DNA of 64,000 bases, from contig CAWDDW010000003.1 of assembly GCA_963801185.1 (NCBI GenBank), forward strand, positions 412,893-476,892, given 5' to 3'. A program made the translations under genes and the position numbers. Positions 10,350-20,714 of the stretch are shown piece by piece. The stretch comes from an uncultured Acidimicrobiaceae bacterium. GTDB taxonomy: Bacteria > Actinomycetota > Acidimicrobiia > Acidimicrobiales > Bog-793. The number at the start of each line of letters is the position of its first letter. Position 1 is the first letter of the stretch. The notes beneath the pieces are model-generated. The model was not told the origin of the DNA and searched no databases. It saw only the letters and a program-made list of their open reading frames with translations.

Positions 10350-11624
10350 TCAGGGCTCCGGCACGACGTCGTCCAAGCCCACACGGCCTATCGACCGGCC
10401 GAGGCGGCGCAACAGCGCCGGCGCCAGGGCGCACGCGATCGCACACTGGGCACATCCTGCGACGATGAGCGGCAATCGGAGGCCGCCGAGCACCGCGACT
10501 CCACCCGCAGCGAAGGCGCCGACCGGAGCCGCTCCCCACGCGATACCGCGCCAGGCGGCGCCCACACGGCCCATGATCTCCGGCGGGGCGAGACGCTGCC
10601 GAAGCGAATTAGAGGCGACCGTGCCGGTGCCGACGGCGAAGCCGGAGAGAGCGAAGGCGCCTCCTGCTAGCAGCCATCCGTGAGAAGCCGCCATCAGCAG
10701 ATAGCCGCCGCCCGCCACAATCGCCGCCGCCAGCAGAGTGAATGCACTGCCAAGCCTCCCGACGATGCGGCCGGCCAGGAATGCACCGGGAAGGTTGCCG
10801 ACTGCGCCAGAGGCAACGAACAGACCGTACGCGCTCGCGTGCACGCCCCAGTCCCGGGTCGCTACAAGGACGAGGACGCCGCTCACGAGACCTTGGAGCC
10901 CTGCGAGCATCGCGATGAGGCCGAGAAGGATCCTGAGTCGCCGGTCACCGAAGAGATAACGCGCTCCGTCCCACATCGACCCTCGAGCGGCCGCTGGAGC
11001 CGACCGGGGCGTCCGGACCCGCCGCAACCAGAGGCCGGAGAGAGTGAACATGACGGTATTGACGACAAACGGGAAGGCACGTGAGACCACGAAGGTCGCA
11101 GCGCCTGCGACAGGGCCGGCCAGATGCTCGCTGCCCGCCTCGGTACCCGTGAGGAAGCCGTTCGCCCGGTCAAGTTCCGAGACGTCGACCAACTCCGGCA
11201 CGCTTGCCTGCAAGGCGGAGTAGAAGACCGCTCGCGTTGCCGAATTGAGGAGCACGCCGCCGATGAGCAATCCGAGATCGATGTCGTGGGTGGCGACGAG
11301 CACTGCGAGCGTCAAGAAGGCGGCAGCTCGGACGAGATTTGCCGTAGCCATTACCCGGCCTCGCTCGAATCGGTCGGCGAATGCTCCTGCCGGCAATGCC
11401 ATGAGGAGCCACGGCAACCCGTCCGCCGCGATGACCGAGGCGACTGCCACCGGGCGCGGATCGACTACGAGCGCGAGCAACGGGACGGCGCCGTACGCGA
11501 AGCCGTCTCCCGAGCTTGCGAGAGCAAAGGAGGCCCAGAGGTTGAGGAACGGTCGGCCGAACCGGCCTGGCCCAAGCCGCCGCTTCGGCTCTCGTCCCGG
11601 TGCGGAGCCCTCTTCGATCTGCAT
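10350..11624 (-). CDS. MFS transporter
   Basis: A 424-aa ORF with 12 predicted hydrophobic segments. An AGGAG RBS lies before the ATG. The overall pattern is like EntS/MFS_3-type exporters. Confidence 0.8.
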   Translation of the reverse strand: MQIEEGSAPGREPKRRLGPGRFGRPFLNLWASFALASSGDGFAYGAVPLLALVVDPRPVAVASVIAADGLPWLLMALPAGAFADRFERGRVMATANLVRAAAFLTLAVLVATHDIDLGLLIGGVLLNSATRAVFYSALQASVPELVDVSELDRANGFLTGTEAGSEHLAGPVAGAATFVVSRAFPFVVNTVMFTLSGLWLRRVRTPRSAPAAARGSMWDGARYLFGDRRLRILLGLIAMLAGLQGLVSGVLVLVATRDWGVHASAYGLFVASGAVGNLPGAFLAGRIVGRLGSAFTLLAAAIVAGGGYLLMAASHGWLLAGGAFALSGFAVGTGTVASNSLRQRLAPPEIMGRVGAAWRGIAWGAAPVGAFAAGGVAVLGGLRLPLIVAGCAQCAIACALAPALLRRLGRSIGRVGLDDVVPEP

Positions 11625-12046
11625 GATCTCCTACATCGTGCGTCGGCGAGAGACTGCGGGCGAGCGGCTGCGACAAAGCGCTAAAGCCGCCCGCCCGCCT
11701 TTCCGATAAGTCAAGCAACAGAACCTACACGCCGCATCAGCGACGCGGTCATAAGCCGTTCCGGGCTCGCAAATCGGAGTCGGCAGCATCACCGACCGCG
11801 GGGCCTCAGCCCCACCTGACATCCCGGCGGACCAAATCGACCACCTCCCTTCATCACTGGGTATCGGTCGGGGGTAAAGGAGGGTTCGTTACCGTGCTAC
11901 CGGTGACCCTCCTTCCCCGCGTCTGCAAATATTCCCAGGTATAAGGACGAATGACAATGCTTGTGCCGCGAAGCTGTCACTAACTCCGCTTCAGGCAGTA
12001 ATGGCGGCCGGGTTGACAGGCCGTCAGCGGCCCGGCTGACGGGTCG

Positions 12047-14730
12047 TCAGCGACCGAGCTGGCGGCTGTCAGATTCCGAGTTCGGAGGACGCCCTGGCCC
12101 GCCGCCCACGACCCGCAGAGGACGCATCGGCGGCAGCTCCGGCGAGAAACTGAGGCGCGCACCGCTCAAGAACCACTCTTGAAGGTCGGCGCCCGTCCTC
12201 GGCCGGGAGAAGTAGTCGCCCTGGACAGAGTCGCAACCCGCGTCTGCGAGGATGGCGCACGTCACCTCGTGCTCCGCCCCCTCGGCCACAACCGTGAGCC
12301 CGAGGGCCTTCGCCATGGCGATCGAGGAGCGCACGATGATCCGGTTACTCGGGTCCTCGGCCATATTCGTCACGAACGAGCGGTCGATCTTCAGCTCCTG
12401 CACCGGGAGGTGGTGCAGGTAAGCCAAGGACGAGTAGCCGGTGCCGTAGTCGTCGACGGCGATGCGCACGCCGAGTCGCGCGAGCCGGGCGAGCACGGCG
12501 CTGGCTTCGCCGATGTCCGACGTGACCTCCGTCTCGGTCAGTTCGAGCGTGAGAGCCGAAGCGGGAAGCTCGTTGCGCTGGAGCTCGCGCTGAACGAGCT
12601 CCACCAGCCCTTCGTCAGACAGCTCCCGTCCCGAGACGTTGACCGCCAGTCCGATCAGAAGCCCGTTGCGGCGCCATGTGGCTGCCTGGGCGCAGGCTTC
12701 CGCGAGGACGTATTCGGTCACCTGCCGGATGAGTCCCATCTGATCGGCGATACCGATGAACTCCTGAGCCGGAATCCATCCCTCTTCGGGGTGCTCCCAG
12801 CGTGCCAGCGCTTCGACTCGGAGGACCTTGCCCGTTGAGAGGTCGGCGATCGGCTGGTACACGACGCTCAGCTGGTCGCCGTCCTCGAGAGCGTGAGCAA
12901 GCCCGCCTGCGAGCATCAGCCGCCGCTGCATGTCACGGTCCTGTACGACCGAGTAGAGCTCTATCCCGGTCCGCCGCTCCTTCGCGCGGTACATCGCGAT
13001 GTCCGCTCGCTGCAGCAGATCGGCGACGTTCTTTCCGTTCTCCGGCGCGAGCGCGATCCCCGCGCTTGCCGTGATGGCAAGTGTCAGCTCATCGAGGCTG
13101 ATAGGCCGTGAGAGCTTCCACATCGAGGTCGCGGACGACGCCGATCGCCTCTTCGGGGCCGATCACATCGGAGACGAGAAGGGCGAACTCGTCCCCCCCG
13201 AGGCGAGCGACCGTCGCTCGGCCCCTAGCACCTTGCACCAAGCGTCTCGAGACCTCGCACAGCAACCGGTCGCCGGTTTCATGCCCGAGCGTGTCGTTCA
13301 CGTCCTTGAACCTGTCGATGTCGAGCAGCACGACGGCGGCACGGTCGGTGCCCTGGAGAGCCGTCTTCGCCTCGGCCAAGAAGAGGACCCGGTTCGCGAG
13401 GCCCGTCAACTGGTCGTGTGTCGCCTGGTAGAGCCGCGCCTCTCCCTCGTGGCGAAGCTCCTCCACGAGACGGGCTCGCTCGATGCTCGACCCGGCGTGG
13501 GCTACGAGCGTCTCGAAGAGCCGTAGGTCGTCGGCGTCGAACGGGTCGAGCTCCTCCTCCCGGTCGAGCGCGACGAGAGCACCGGCAACTACGTCGCCGT
13601 ACCTGAGCGGCGCGCTGACCCCGCTTCGGAATTCTCCGAAGATCGGATCGCTCGCGATGGAAGAAGGCGTCGACTGGGCGGGACTGACACACAGCATCGG
13701 CTTGCCAGACTTGATGACCCGCGTCGCGATCGAGTCCTCGCTGAGCGACACGGTCTCGCTCAAGAGGCCCTCAGCCCCGAACCGGACACGCAATGGGCCG
13801 CCGGCGCCGTCGACGAGCACGAGCTCCGCCCGCCGAGCCCGCATTACGGCCTGGATCTGTTCGAGCACGGTCGAAGCCGTGGAAGCCGGCTCGAGGTTCG
13901 CGCGACCGAGCGAGCGGCTGAAGTCGTACAACCGCTGCAACGCGCTCGAAGCGCTCCGTGAGCCTGAGGTATCCGCGGTAGGCGACGATGATGAGCACGC
14001 CGACGAGGACGAGCGGGATGACCGCCCACCAGTTCCACCATGAGGCGTCGAGGACGACGAAAGCGAGCCCGATGCTCGCCGCGAGCAGCATGGCCTCGGT
14101 CGTGAACTGGAACCCGGACCGGCGCGGCACCTGGCGGCCATTGAGCCGGACGACAGCCCGAACAGCGAGATCTGCGGTGATCGCCGCCGCAGCGAGAGCG
14201 GCCGCGCCGGCGGCGGACCCGAGCGGACTTACAGGCAGTCTGTGGCCGAGTGCGGCGTGGTAGACGATTGCCGCCAGCGCTGCGCCGCAAGCACCAACGG
14301 TGAGATTGAAAAAGAGCTTGAGAGGTGTCTGTCGCCGGACGAACCCGAGCACGATCACCTCGCCTGCCACGCGAGCGAGGACAAGGACTAGAGGTGAGGC
14401 GAAGACGAGCCCGAGCAGCAGCGGGACTTCGGTCAGGCCAACGAGATGGGTGTCACCTCGGTGGTGAAACGAGACCGGGGCGAGCAGCACTGCGGCCGAC
14501 ACGACGACCAGAGCGGCAAAGGTGAGGGGTGCACTCGCCACATGGCGAACGGCCCCGAGATGGGCGGCCTGTGCCGCGACAAGCAAGCCGGCTGTGCCCG
14601 CGAGGAGCACGGTGGACAAGGCGAAGATCTTGACGCTCGCCCCAGAGCCGGCATTTGACTGGCCCTGTGAAGTGTTCCTCGCGGGCGAGCCTTCATACTC
14701 AGGGGCGTTTTCGGACGGTCTCCCACGCAC
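12047..14730 (-). pseudogene. membrane sensor - GAF - GGDEF - EAL c-di-GMP turnover protein, frame broken twice as given
   Basis: There are three overlapping minus-strand ORFs.
- 13771-14982 carries the multi-TM N-terminus, ending ...AYRGYLRLTERFE.
- 13089-14141 continues ALQRLYDFSRSLG and carries GAF plus GGDEF, with RLGGDEFALLV.
- 12047-13123 continues the GGDEF domain (ITASAGIALAP...ADIAMYRAKE) and then carries EAL, with QPIADL...VEALAR, DDYGTGYSSL and ELKIDRSF.

The breaks are at about 13945 and about 13090-13125. The start is uncertain: the in-frame GTG at 14730 is my guess, while the ORF-track M at 14982 lies in a low-GC leader. Confidence 0.85.
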
Positions 14731-14978
14731 GGGATCATCGGGCTGATAGAGCGCGTTGGAGCTATCGCGGTCACCCGGCCCAGGGGCGCGAACGCCATGG
14801 GTGCTCTCTGAGGGCACCCTAAACCATCGGTCATTGCCGGCGAAACTTGAGCGATTGGTTTCAACAAGACTTCTGAGCTGGGCTTTCGTACAGGATTGGC
14901 CCGGCGAATCCTGCAGTCTGGGTGCAATTTCAGACTGCCAAGCCGCCGCCGGAGGCAGACGCTTCACGGCGCGGTTCC

Positions 14979-15953
14979 TCACAGCTCCAGGTGGACGCCG
15001 ACCTGTTCACCGTTGATGAAACTCGTGATGTCGGCTGGCACGCGTAAGCGGTCGTCGCTCAGAAAGCGCGCGCGGATGGCGGGGAAATCCCCGCTGCCGG
15101 CCAATGCCGCGACATCGTCGAGCACTGCGGCCTCCTCGTCGGTCACCGGGTCGTGAGGTCCGGTCATCATCCCCCACGCGTCCCACGGCAGCAGCTCGAC
15201 CTTGTTCAGGCAGGCGAAGTCGCTGATGACGTTGCCGGCGATGAAGGCCAATCCCCACATGTCGAAAATCCCGAACAAGAAAGGGTCGACTTCACCGGCG
15301 CGCGCTGCGATCCACGCCTCGCCACCTGTGAGGAACTTCCCGGGCGGCTGGTCGTGGGCGTCGAAGTCGAGATTCACGGTCCTGGCTTGCAGCTCATCGA
15401 TCTGGGGGTCGTCGCGCACCCACCGCTCGCCGTTCCACCGCTCGGTGACCCAGTGGTCGTACCACTTCGCCGGGTCGAAGCAGTTGCTGAAGCCGCAACG
15501 CACCCTCGAAGGAATGCCCTGAGAACGCAGCAGTGCTGTGTGCAACAGCGTGAAGTGCCGGCAGATGCAGAGCACGCGGTCGACCGGCTGGCGCGACACG
15601 GTCATGGGTTCGCTGGAGATCTCGACGACCCGCCTCAGCAAATCGGCCGTTGACCGAAGGTTCTGCTCATCGACACGGATGGCATCCTCTTCGACACCAT
15701 AGGCCGGTGCCCAACCGCGGTGAAGGAGCAGGCCTTGCACGACGCCACGCAACCCGTCGAGGTCCGACGGCATGCCGGTCAGAGCGGGATGATCGGGTAG
15801 GGCCGTCATCACACCGGGGGACCGGTAGAAGTCGAGGGCCTCCGGGTTCATGCCGTCACGATACGACGATGCCCGCGTCGGCTGGCGTCGTCGCCCGGCC
15901 GCCGACGAGGGCGACATCTCGAGTAGCTGGCGATTAGCAAGAAGCCCTGGCAC
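14979..15953 (-). CDS. transglutaminase-like (Cys-His-Asp) superfamily protein
   Basis: The motifs are RVLCICRHFTLLHTALLRSQGIPSRVRCGF (catalytic Cys context) and then YDHWVTERW. The likely true start is MNPEALDFY at 15851. Confidence 0.6.
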   Translation of the reverse strand: MPGLLANRQLLEMSPSSAAGRRRQPTRASSYRDGMNPEALDFYRSPGVMTALPDHPALTGMPSDLDGLRGVVQGLLLHRGWAPAYGVEEDAIRVDEQNLRSTADLLRRVVEISSEPMTVSRQPVDRVLCICRHFTLLHTALLRSQGIPSRVRCGFSNCFDPAKWYDHWVTERWNGERWVRDDPQIDELQARTVNLDFDAHDQPPGKFLTGGEAWIAARAGEVDPFLFGIFDMWGLAFIAGNVISDFACLNKVELLPWDAWGMMTGPHDPVTDEEAAVLDDVAALAGSGDFPAIRARFLSDDRLRVPADITSFINGEQVGVHLEL

Positions 15954-15956
15954 AGT

Positions 15957-16694
15957 GTGCCGGTGCCAAAGGTCTACTTCGACGAACGGATAGCGGAGCG
16001 CTACGACGCCTCCTCGGCGGAGATGTTCGAGCCCGCGGTCGTCGACCCGGTCGTGGGCTTCCTTGCCGATCTGGCGGGTGAGGGCGGTGTGCTCGAACTC
16101 GGCATCGGCACTGGCCGCATCGCGTTGCCGCTAAGCCAGCGGGGTGTTCGCGTCCACGGCATAGAGCTGTCCCCCGCCATGGTCGCCCGGCTGCAGGCGA
16201 AGCCCGGTGCCAACGAGATCGGTGTGACGATCGGCGACTTCGCGACCGCGAGCGTGGGCCGAACGTTCAGGCTCGCCTACCTCGTCTACAACACGATCAT
16301 GAACCTGACCACCCAGGACGAGCAGGTCGAGTGTTTCCGCAACGTGGCCGCGCACCTGGATCCTGGCGGCTACTTCGTGATCGAGGTGGGGGTTCCTGCG
16401 CTCCAGCGGCTCCCGCCCGGCGAGACCGTCCGCGCATTCACGGTGAGCCCGACGAGACTCGGCTTCGACGAGTACGACGTCGCCACGCAGATCCTCTACT
16501 CCCACCACTACCACGTCGTCGAGGGCCGGCTCGAAGTCTTCTCTGCGCCTTACCGTTACGTGTGGCCGTCCGAGCTCGATCTGATGGCGCGACTCGCCGG
16601 CATGACCCTGCACGAGCGCTGGAGCGGCTGGAAGCGTGAGCCCTTCACGAGCGACAGCACCACACACGTGTCGGTCTGGGAGAAGACAGCCTGA
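15957..16694 (+). CDS. class I SAM-dependent methyltransferase
   Basis: Motif I is VLELGIGTGRIALPL. The ORF is 245 aa with a GTG start and is divergent from the previous gene. Confidence 0.85.
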   Translation: MPVPKVYFDERIAERYDASSAEMFEPAVVDPVVGFLADLAGEGGVLELGIGTGRIALPLSQRGVRVHGIELSPAMVARLQAKPGANEIGVTIGDFATASVGRTFRLAYLVYNTIMNLTTQDEQVECFRNVAAHLDPGGYFVIEVGVPALQRLPPGETVRAFTVSPTRLGFDEYDVATQILYSHHYHVVEGRLEVFSAPYRYVWPSELDLMARLAGMTLHERWSGWKREPFTSDSTTHVSVWEKTA

Positions 16695-16724
16695 CGGACA
16701 GATCCCGGCACGGGACCTGAGCGC

Positions 16725-18578
16725 TCACATCCCGTGACGGGCTCCTGCGCCGGCTTCCACGGGCTGGCGCTCGATCGGTGCAGGCTCCAGCTCCGGCCCG
16801 ATGTCCTCTCGGTAGTGGTACTTGCCACCCCGCAGCCAAGAGGCACCGGCCGCCACCAGGCAGGCACCGATTGCGAAGTCGAACGCAGCGTGCAAGCCCT
16901 CTGCGAAGGGGGCCGAGATCAACCCTGAGAAGAAACCCCGCCCGGTCAGAACAGCCACCTGATGAGCGGGCAGATGGCCAAGGACAGCAGATCCGACCAG
17001 GTGTTGGATGGGGTTGTACCCCAAGAAGGCGGCGAACAAGGTCGAGACCGGCGGCAGGTGCGACGCCTTTGACGCAATCAACCGCGGAACTCCATGGGCG
17101 ACGAGCCCGTGTGCGAGCGCCGCGGGCAGGGTCGCTGACAGGCCCACGATCATGAGGGTGAAGAAGATTCCGATCGAGAGCACCTGGGCAGAGTTCTGGA
17201 AGGTCGAGTTCATCCCCGACCCGACCCCGCGATGCTGCGGCGGGAGGCTGTTCATCACCCCCGCCCGGTTGGGAGCGGCGAAGGCGCCCATGGCAAGGCC
17301 GTTCAGCAGCAGGACAGGACCGAATTCCCAGTAGGAGAAGTTGACCGGCAACAGCTCGAGGAGACCGAACGACCCGGCCGCGACGATCATCCCGCCCGAC
17401 GCGAAGGGGCGCGATCCATATCGGTCCGAGAGGTGGCCGGAGATCGGCCCGGCGAGCAGGAAGCCGGCCGTGAGCGGCAGCATGTAGATGCCGGCCCACA
17501 AGGGCGTCCGGCTGAAGCTGTAGCCGTGACGTGGTAGCCAGATGCCCTGCAGCCAGATGATGAGCATGAACATGAGCCCGCCACGGCCGACGCTCGCGAG
17601 GAACGACGAGAGGCTCCCGGCGGTGAAAGCGCGGATCCTGAACAGCTGCAGGCGGAACATCGGGTCGGCGGCTCGCTGCTCGATGATGGCGAAGGCCACC
17701 AGCAGCACGACTCCACCGCTCAGGCAGCTGATGACGAACGGGCTCGTCCATCCCATGGTGGAGTGGCCATGGGGCTGGATGCCGTAGGTGATGCCGACCA
17801 TGATCCCGATGAGCCCCAAGGCGAACGTGACGTTCCCGGCCCAGTCGATACGCGCCTTCGCGCGCCTTGGTACCTCTCGGAGCTTTCGATAGGCCCACAC
17901 CGTGCCGAACAGGCCGATCGGCACAGACACGAGGAAGATGAGGCGCCACTGGATCGGGGCGAGCACACCACCGAGGACGAGCCCGATGAACGACCCGCTG
18001 ATACCGGCCACTTGGTTGATGCCAAGGGCCGTGCCTCGCTCGTTCTCAGGGAAGGCGTCCGTCAAGATGGCGGCGGAGTTGGCCATGAGCATGGCTGAGC
18101 CCACTCCTTGGAAGACCCGCATGATCACCAGCCACAACGCTCCCGCGATGCCGCTCATCCAGGTGATGGTGAGCACCAGCGAGAAGAACGTGTAGACGGC
18201 GAAGCCGAGGTTGTACATGCGCACCCGGCCGTACATGTCGCCGAGACGCCCGAGGCTCACCACTAGGACGCTCGTCACGACCATGAAGCTCAGGATCATC
18301 CACAGCAGGTAGAAGCTGTTGCCCGGCGACAGGGGGTTGATGTGGATGCCCCGGAACACGTCGGGCAGGGCGATCAGCATGATCGACGTGTCGATGGTCG
18401 CCATCAGCATGCCGAGGGTGGTGTTCGACAGGACCACCCACTTGTAACGATCCCGATGGACTGCACCATCGCCGGAGACGGCCGCCGCTTGGCCGTCCTT
18501 CGTCTGGTCAGCGACCGCTCCCCCGACTCGAGGGACAGCGCCCGAGTCACTGAGCCCGGGTGCTCGCGACTTCCGCAT
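16725..18578 (-). CDS. MFS transporter, DHA2 (EmrB/QacA, 14-TMS) type
   Basis: A 617-aa ORF. The N-terminal motif is VVLSNTTLGMLMATIDTSIMLIALPDVFRGI. There are many hydrophobic segments and an extended C-terminus. Confidence 0.85.
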   Translation of the reverse strand: MRKSRAPGLSDSGAVPRVGGAVADQTKDGQAAAVSGDGAVHRDRYKWVVLSNTTLGMLMATIDTSIMLIALPDVFRGIHINPLSPGNSFYLLWMILSFMVVTSVLVVSLGRLGDMYGRVRMYNLGFAVYTFFSLVLTITWMSGIAGALWLVIMRVFQGVGSAMLMANSAAILTDAFPENERGTALGINQVAGISGSFIGLVLGGVLAPIQWRLIFLVSVPIGLFGTVWAYRKLREVPRRAKARIDWAGNVTFALGLIGIMVGITYGIQPHGHSTMGWTSPFVISCLSGGVVLLVAFAIIEQRAADPMFRLQLFRIRAFTAGSLSSFLASVGRGGLMFMLIIWLQGIWLPRHGYSFSRTPLWAGIYMLPLTAGFLLAGPISGHLSDRYGSRPFASGGMIVAAGSFGLLELLPVNFSYWEFGPVLLLNGLAMGAFAAPNRAGVMNSLPPQHRGVGSGMNSTFQNSAQVLSIGIFFTLMIVGLSATLPAALAHGLVAHGVPRLIASKASHLPPVSTLFAAFLGYNPIQHLVGSAVLGHLPAHQVAVLTGRGFFSGLISAPFAEGLHAAFDFAIGACLVAAGASWLRGGKYHYREDIGPELEPAPIERQPVEAGAGARHGM

Positions 18579-18741
18579 GACCGGATCACCTTAAGGGTTC
18601 ACAAGGCACGGTCGCGCGGGGAAGTCGTGGCGTCTGGGGCCCCATCATGGCCGCCATCCCGCACGGGCGTCGTGCCCGGCAGTATGTGAGCGGGCACCCG
18701 AGCGCCCGGGGTCGCCCCGCACCCGCCATCAGGAGGTGGAC

Positions 18742-19224
18742 ATGGAGGTCACTGCTGTTGCCATCGAGCGACCCGACGGTCTCAACGTCATCGTCGGGCA
18801 GGCTCACTTCATCAAGACCATCGAGGACCTCCACGAGGCACTTGCGGGAGCGAGCCCGCAGTTACGCTTCGGCATCGCCTTCTGCGAGGCGTCCGGCCCC
18901 TGCTTGATCCGCCGTTCGGGCAACGCGGACGACCTCGTCGATCTGGCGGTCCGGAACGCAGAGGCGATCGGTGCCGGTCACTGTTTCGTCGTGCTCCTGC
19001 GCGACGGCTTCCCGGTCAACGTGCTGAACGCGCTGAAACAGGTACCGGAGGTCTGCACCGTCTTCTGCGCCACCGCCAACCCCCTCGAGGTGCTCGTCGC
19101 CGAGAGCGATCTCGGCCGCGGGGTCGTCGGAGTGATCGACGGGTTACCCCCAGCTGGCGTCGAGACCGCAGCCGACGAGGCCGACCGCAAGGCACTGCTC
19201 CGCGCCATCGGCTACAAGCTCTGA
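18742..19224 (+). CDS. adenosine-specific kinase family protein (PF04008-like)
   Basis: The motifs are GLNVIVGQAHFIKTIEDLHEAL...FCEASGPCLIR...GAGHCFVVLL...PVNVLNALKQVPEVCTVFCATANP...GVVGVIDG...LLRAIGYKL. AGGAGG lies at 18731-18736, 5 nt before the ATG at 18742. Confidence 0.8.
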   Translation: MEVTAVAIERPDGLNVIVGQAHFIKTIEDLHEALAGASPQLRFGIAFCEASGPCLIRRSGNADDLVDLAVRNAEAIGAGHCFVVLLRDGFPVNVLNALKQVPEVCTVFCATANPLEVLVAESDLGRGVVGVIDGLPPAGVETAADEADRKALLRAIGYKL

Positions 19225-19264
19225 GAGGGGGCCTCGTCACACCGCCTGAGTACTGTCGAGCGCT

Positions 19265-20692
19265 GTGACGATGCGCCCCGAACTCCGGCGACGACGCTGC
19301 CCGCCTCGGGGATGGGGTTTGACGAGCGGCCGAGTGGCGGTCGCTATCGGCGTCACACTCGTCACGACCTCGTGCGCCGGCGGGAGCGTCACGGCATCCC
19401 CACCGTCCGGGCGACGAACGACTTCGACGCCAACTACGTCGACCCGGCCTTCGACGATCTCCCGGCCACCGCGCTCGAGCACGGCGAAGTCCACGACGAC
19501 GACCGCCCCATCTGGCGCGACCTGGTCGCTCGTGACCGAGCCCACCGACGGCATGCAGCCGATCTACTCATTGATGTCGGGTGCCCGCCACCGCCTGGAC
19601 ATGACGATGTACGAGCTGGCGGATCCGCAGGCAGTCGAGATCCTCGAGGCCGACGCCTCACGCGGCGTGAAAGTTCGTGTGATCCTCGACGAGGACTACT
19701 CGGGCGCATCTGTGAACGCTGCCGCCTACTCCGAACTCAGATCTCACGGCGTCGGGGTTCACTGGGCGCCAGCCGGCACGATCTTCCATCAGAAGACGAT
19801 CACCGTGGACGATCACACGTCGGCGGTCATGACCCTCAATCTGACGAGCCAGTACTACGCGACTTCGAGGGACTTCGCCGTCGTCACCACGGATCCCGCC
19901 GACGTGGTGGCGATCGAGCAGGTGTTCGGGAGGGACTGGACCGACACTGGCTCTCCTCAGGCGGGACCGAAGGGGACGAACCTGGTCTGGTCCCCCGGAG
20001 CGGAGGCACCGATCCTTGCCGTCATCCAGTCCGCCCAACACTCGTTGCTCGTAGAGAACGAGGAGATGGACGACTCTGACGTCGTCGACGCTCTTGCAGC
20101 CGCCGCGCGCCGCGGCGTCAGTGTCCACGTCGTCATGACCTATTCGTCGTCCTGGACAAGCGCATTCGACAGCCTGGTGGGCGCGGGTGTGATGGTCAGC
20201 ACCTATCCCAGTGATGCGACTCTCTACATTCACGCCAAGGTCATCGTCGCCGACGGCCGTACGGCCTTCGTTGGCAGCCAGAACTTCTCCGAGTCGAGCC
20301 TCGCCTACAACCGTGAGCTGGGCATCATCACCAGCGATCCGACCCTTGTCGGCGCGATCGCCCGGACGGTCGCCTCCGACTTCGACGGAGCTACTCCCGT
20401 CAGCAAGGGCAGCTCCAGTGCGAGCTCACTGCCTCCTACCACGTCAGCTGCGAGTGCTGGAGCCTCGTGCCAAGCACACGCATCCTCCGCAAATGACGGG
20501 TACGCAGGTGACTACGACGTCTACGTCCACTCGAACCAGCCGGACCAGAAGGCGACGGCCTCGGACTCGGGCGATACCCACAGCTACTACACGAACGGGT
20601 CCGGATACGCGGTCATCTATCTCTGGAACACGACTCCGGGAGAGGCCATCACTGTGACCGTCGGCGGCGCCAGATGCTCGACCACGGCCTAG
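19265..20692 (+). CDS. secreted phospholipase D / cardiolipin synthase-like protein (two HKD motifs), probable lipoprotein
   Basis: The signal region is AVAIGVTLVTTSCAGGS, followed by a Thr/Ser/Pro-rich linker. HKD motif 1 is FHQKTITVDD and HKD motif 2 is YIHAKVIVADGRTAFVGSQNFS. An extra Cys-bounded C-terminal domain of about 75 aa follows. Confidence 0.85.
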   Translation: MTMRPELRRRRCPPRGWGLTSGRVAVAIGVTLVTTSCAGGSVTASPPSGRRTTSTPTTSTRPSTISRPPRSSTAKSTTTTAPSGATWSLVTEPTDGMQPIYSLMSGARHRLDMTMYELADPQAVEILEADASRGVKVRVILDEDYSGASVNAAAYSELRSHGVGVHWAPAGTIFHQKTITVDDHTSAVMTLNLTSQYYATSRDFAVVTTDPADVVAIEQVFGRDWTDTGSPQAGPKGTNLVWSPGAEAPILAVIQSAQHSLLVENEEMDDSDVVDALAAAARRGVSVHVVMTYSSSWTSAFDSLVGAGVMVSTYPSDATLYIHAKVIVADGRTAFVGSQNFSESSLAYNRELGIITSDPTLVGAIARTVASDFDGATPVSKGSSSASSLPPTTSAASAGASCQAHASSANDGYAGDYDVYVHSNQPDQKATASDSGDTHSYYTNGSGYAVIYLWNTTPGEAITVTVGGARCSTTA

Positions 20693-20714
20693 CCAGAGCA
20701 GGTAGCTTTCCGAC

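Noticed and set aside
11894-11944. A 16-codon micro-ORF (VLPVTLLPRVCKYSQV) with a strong AAGGAGG 8 nt upstream.
   Set aside because: It is kept only as part of the structured-region finding. There is no downstream plus-strand gene for it to regulate, and a 16-codon ORF cannot be supported from sequence alone.
1580-12042. Recurrence of the heptamer CTGACGG/CCGTCAG in inverted-repeat arrangements at 1580-1605 and 12021-12042, considered as a possible shared operator.
   Set aside because: A 7-mer of this composition is expected several times by chance in this window. The spacing and orientation differ at the two sites.
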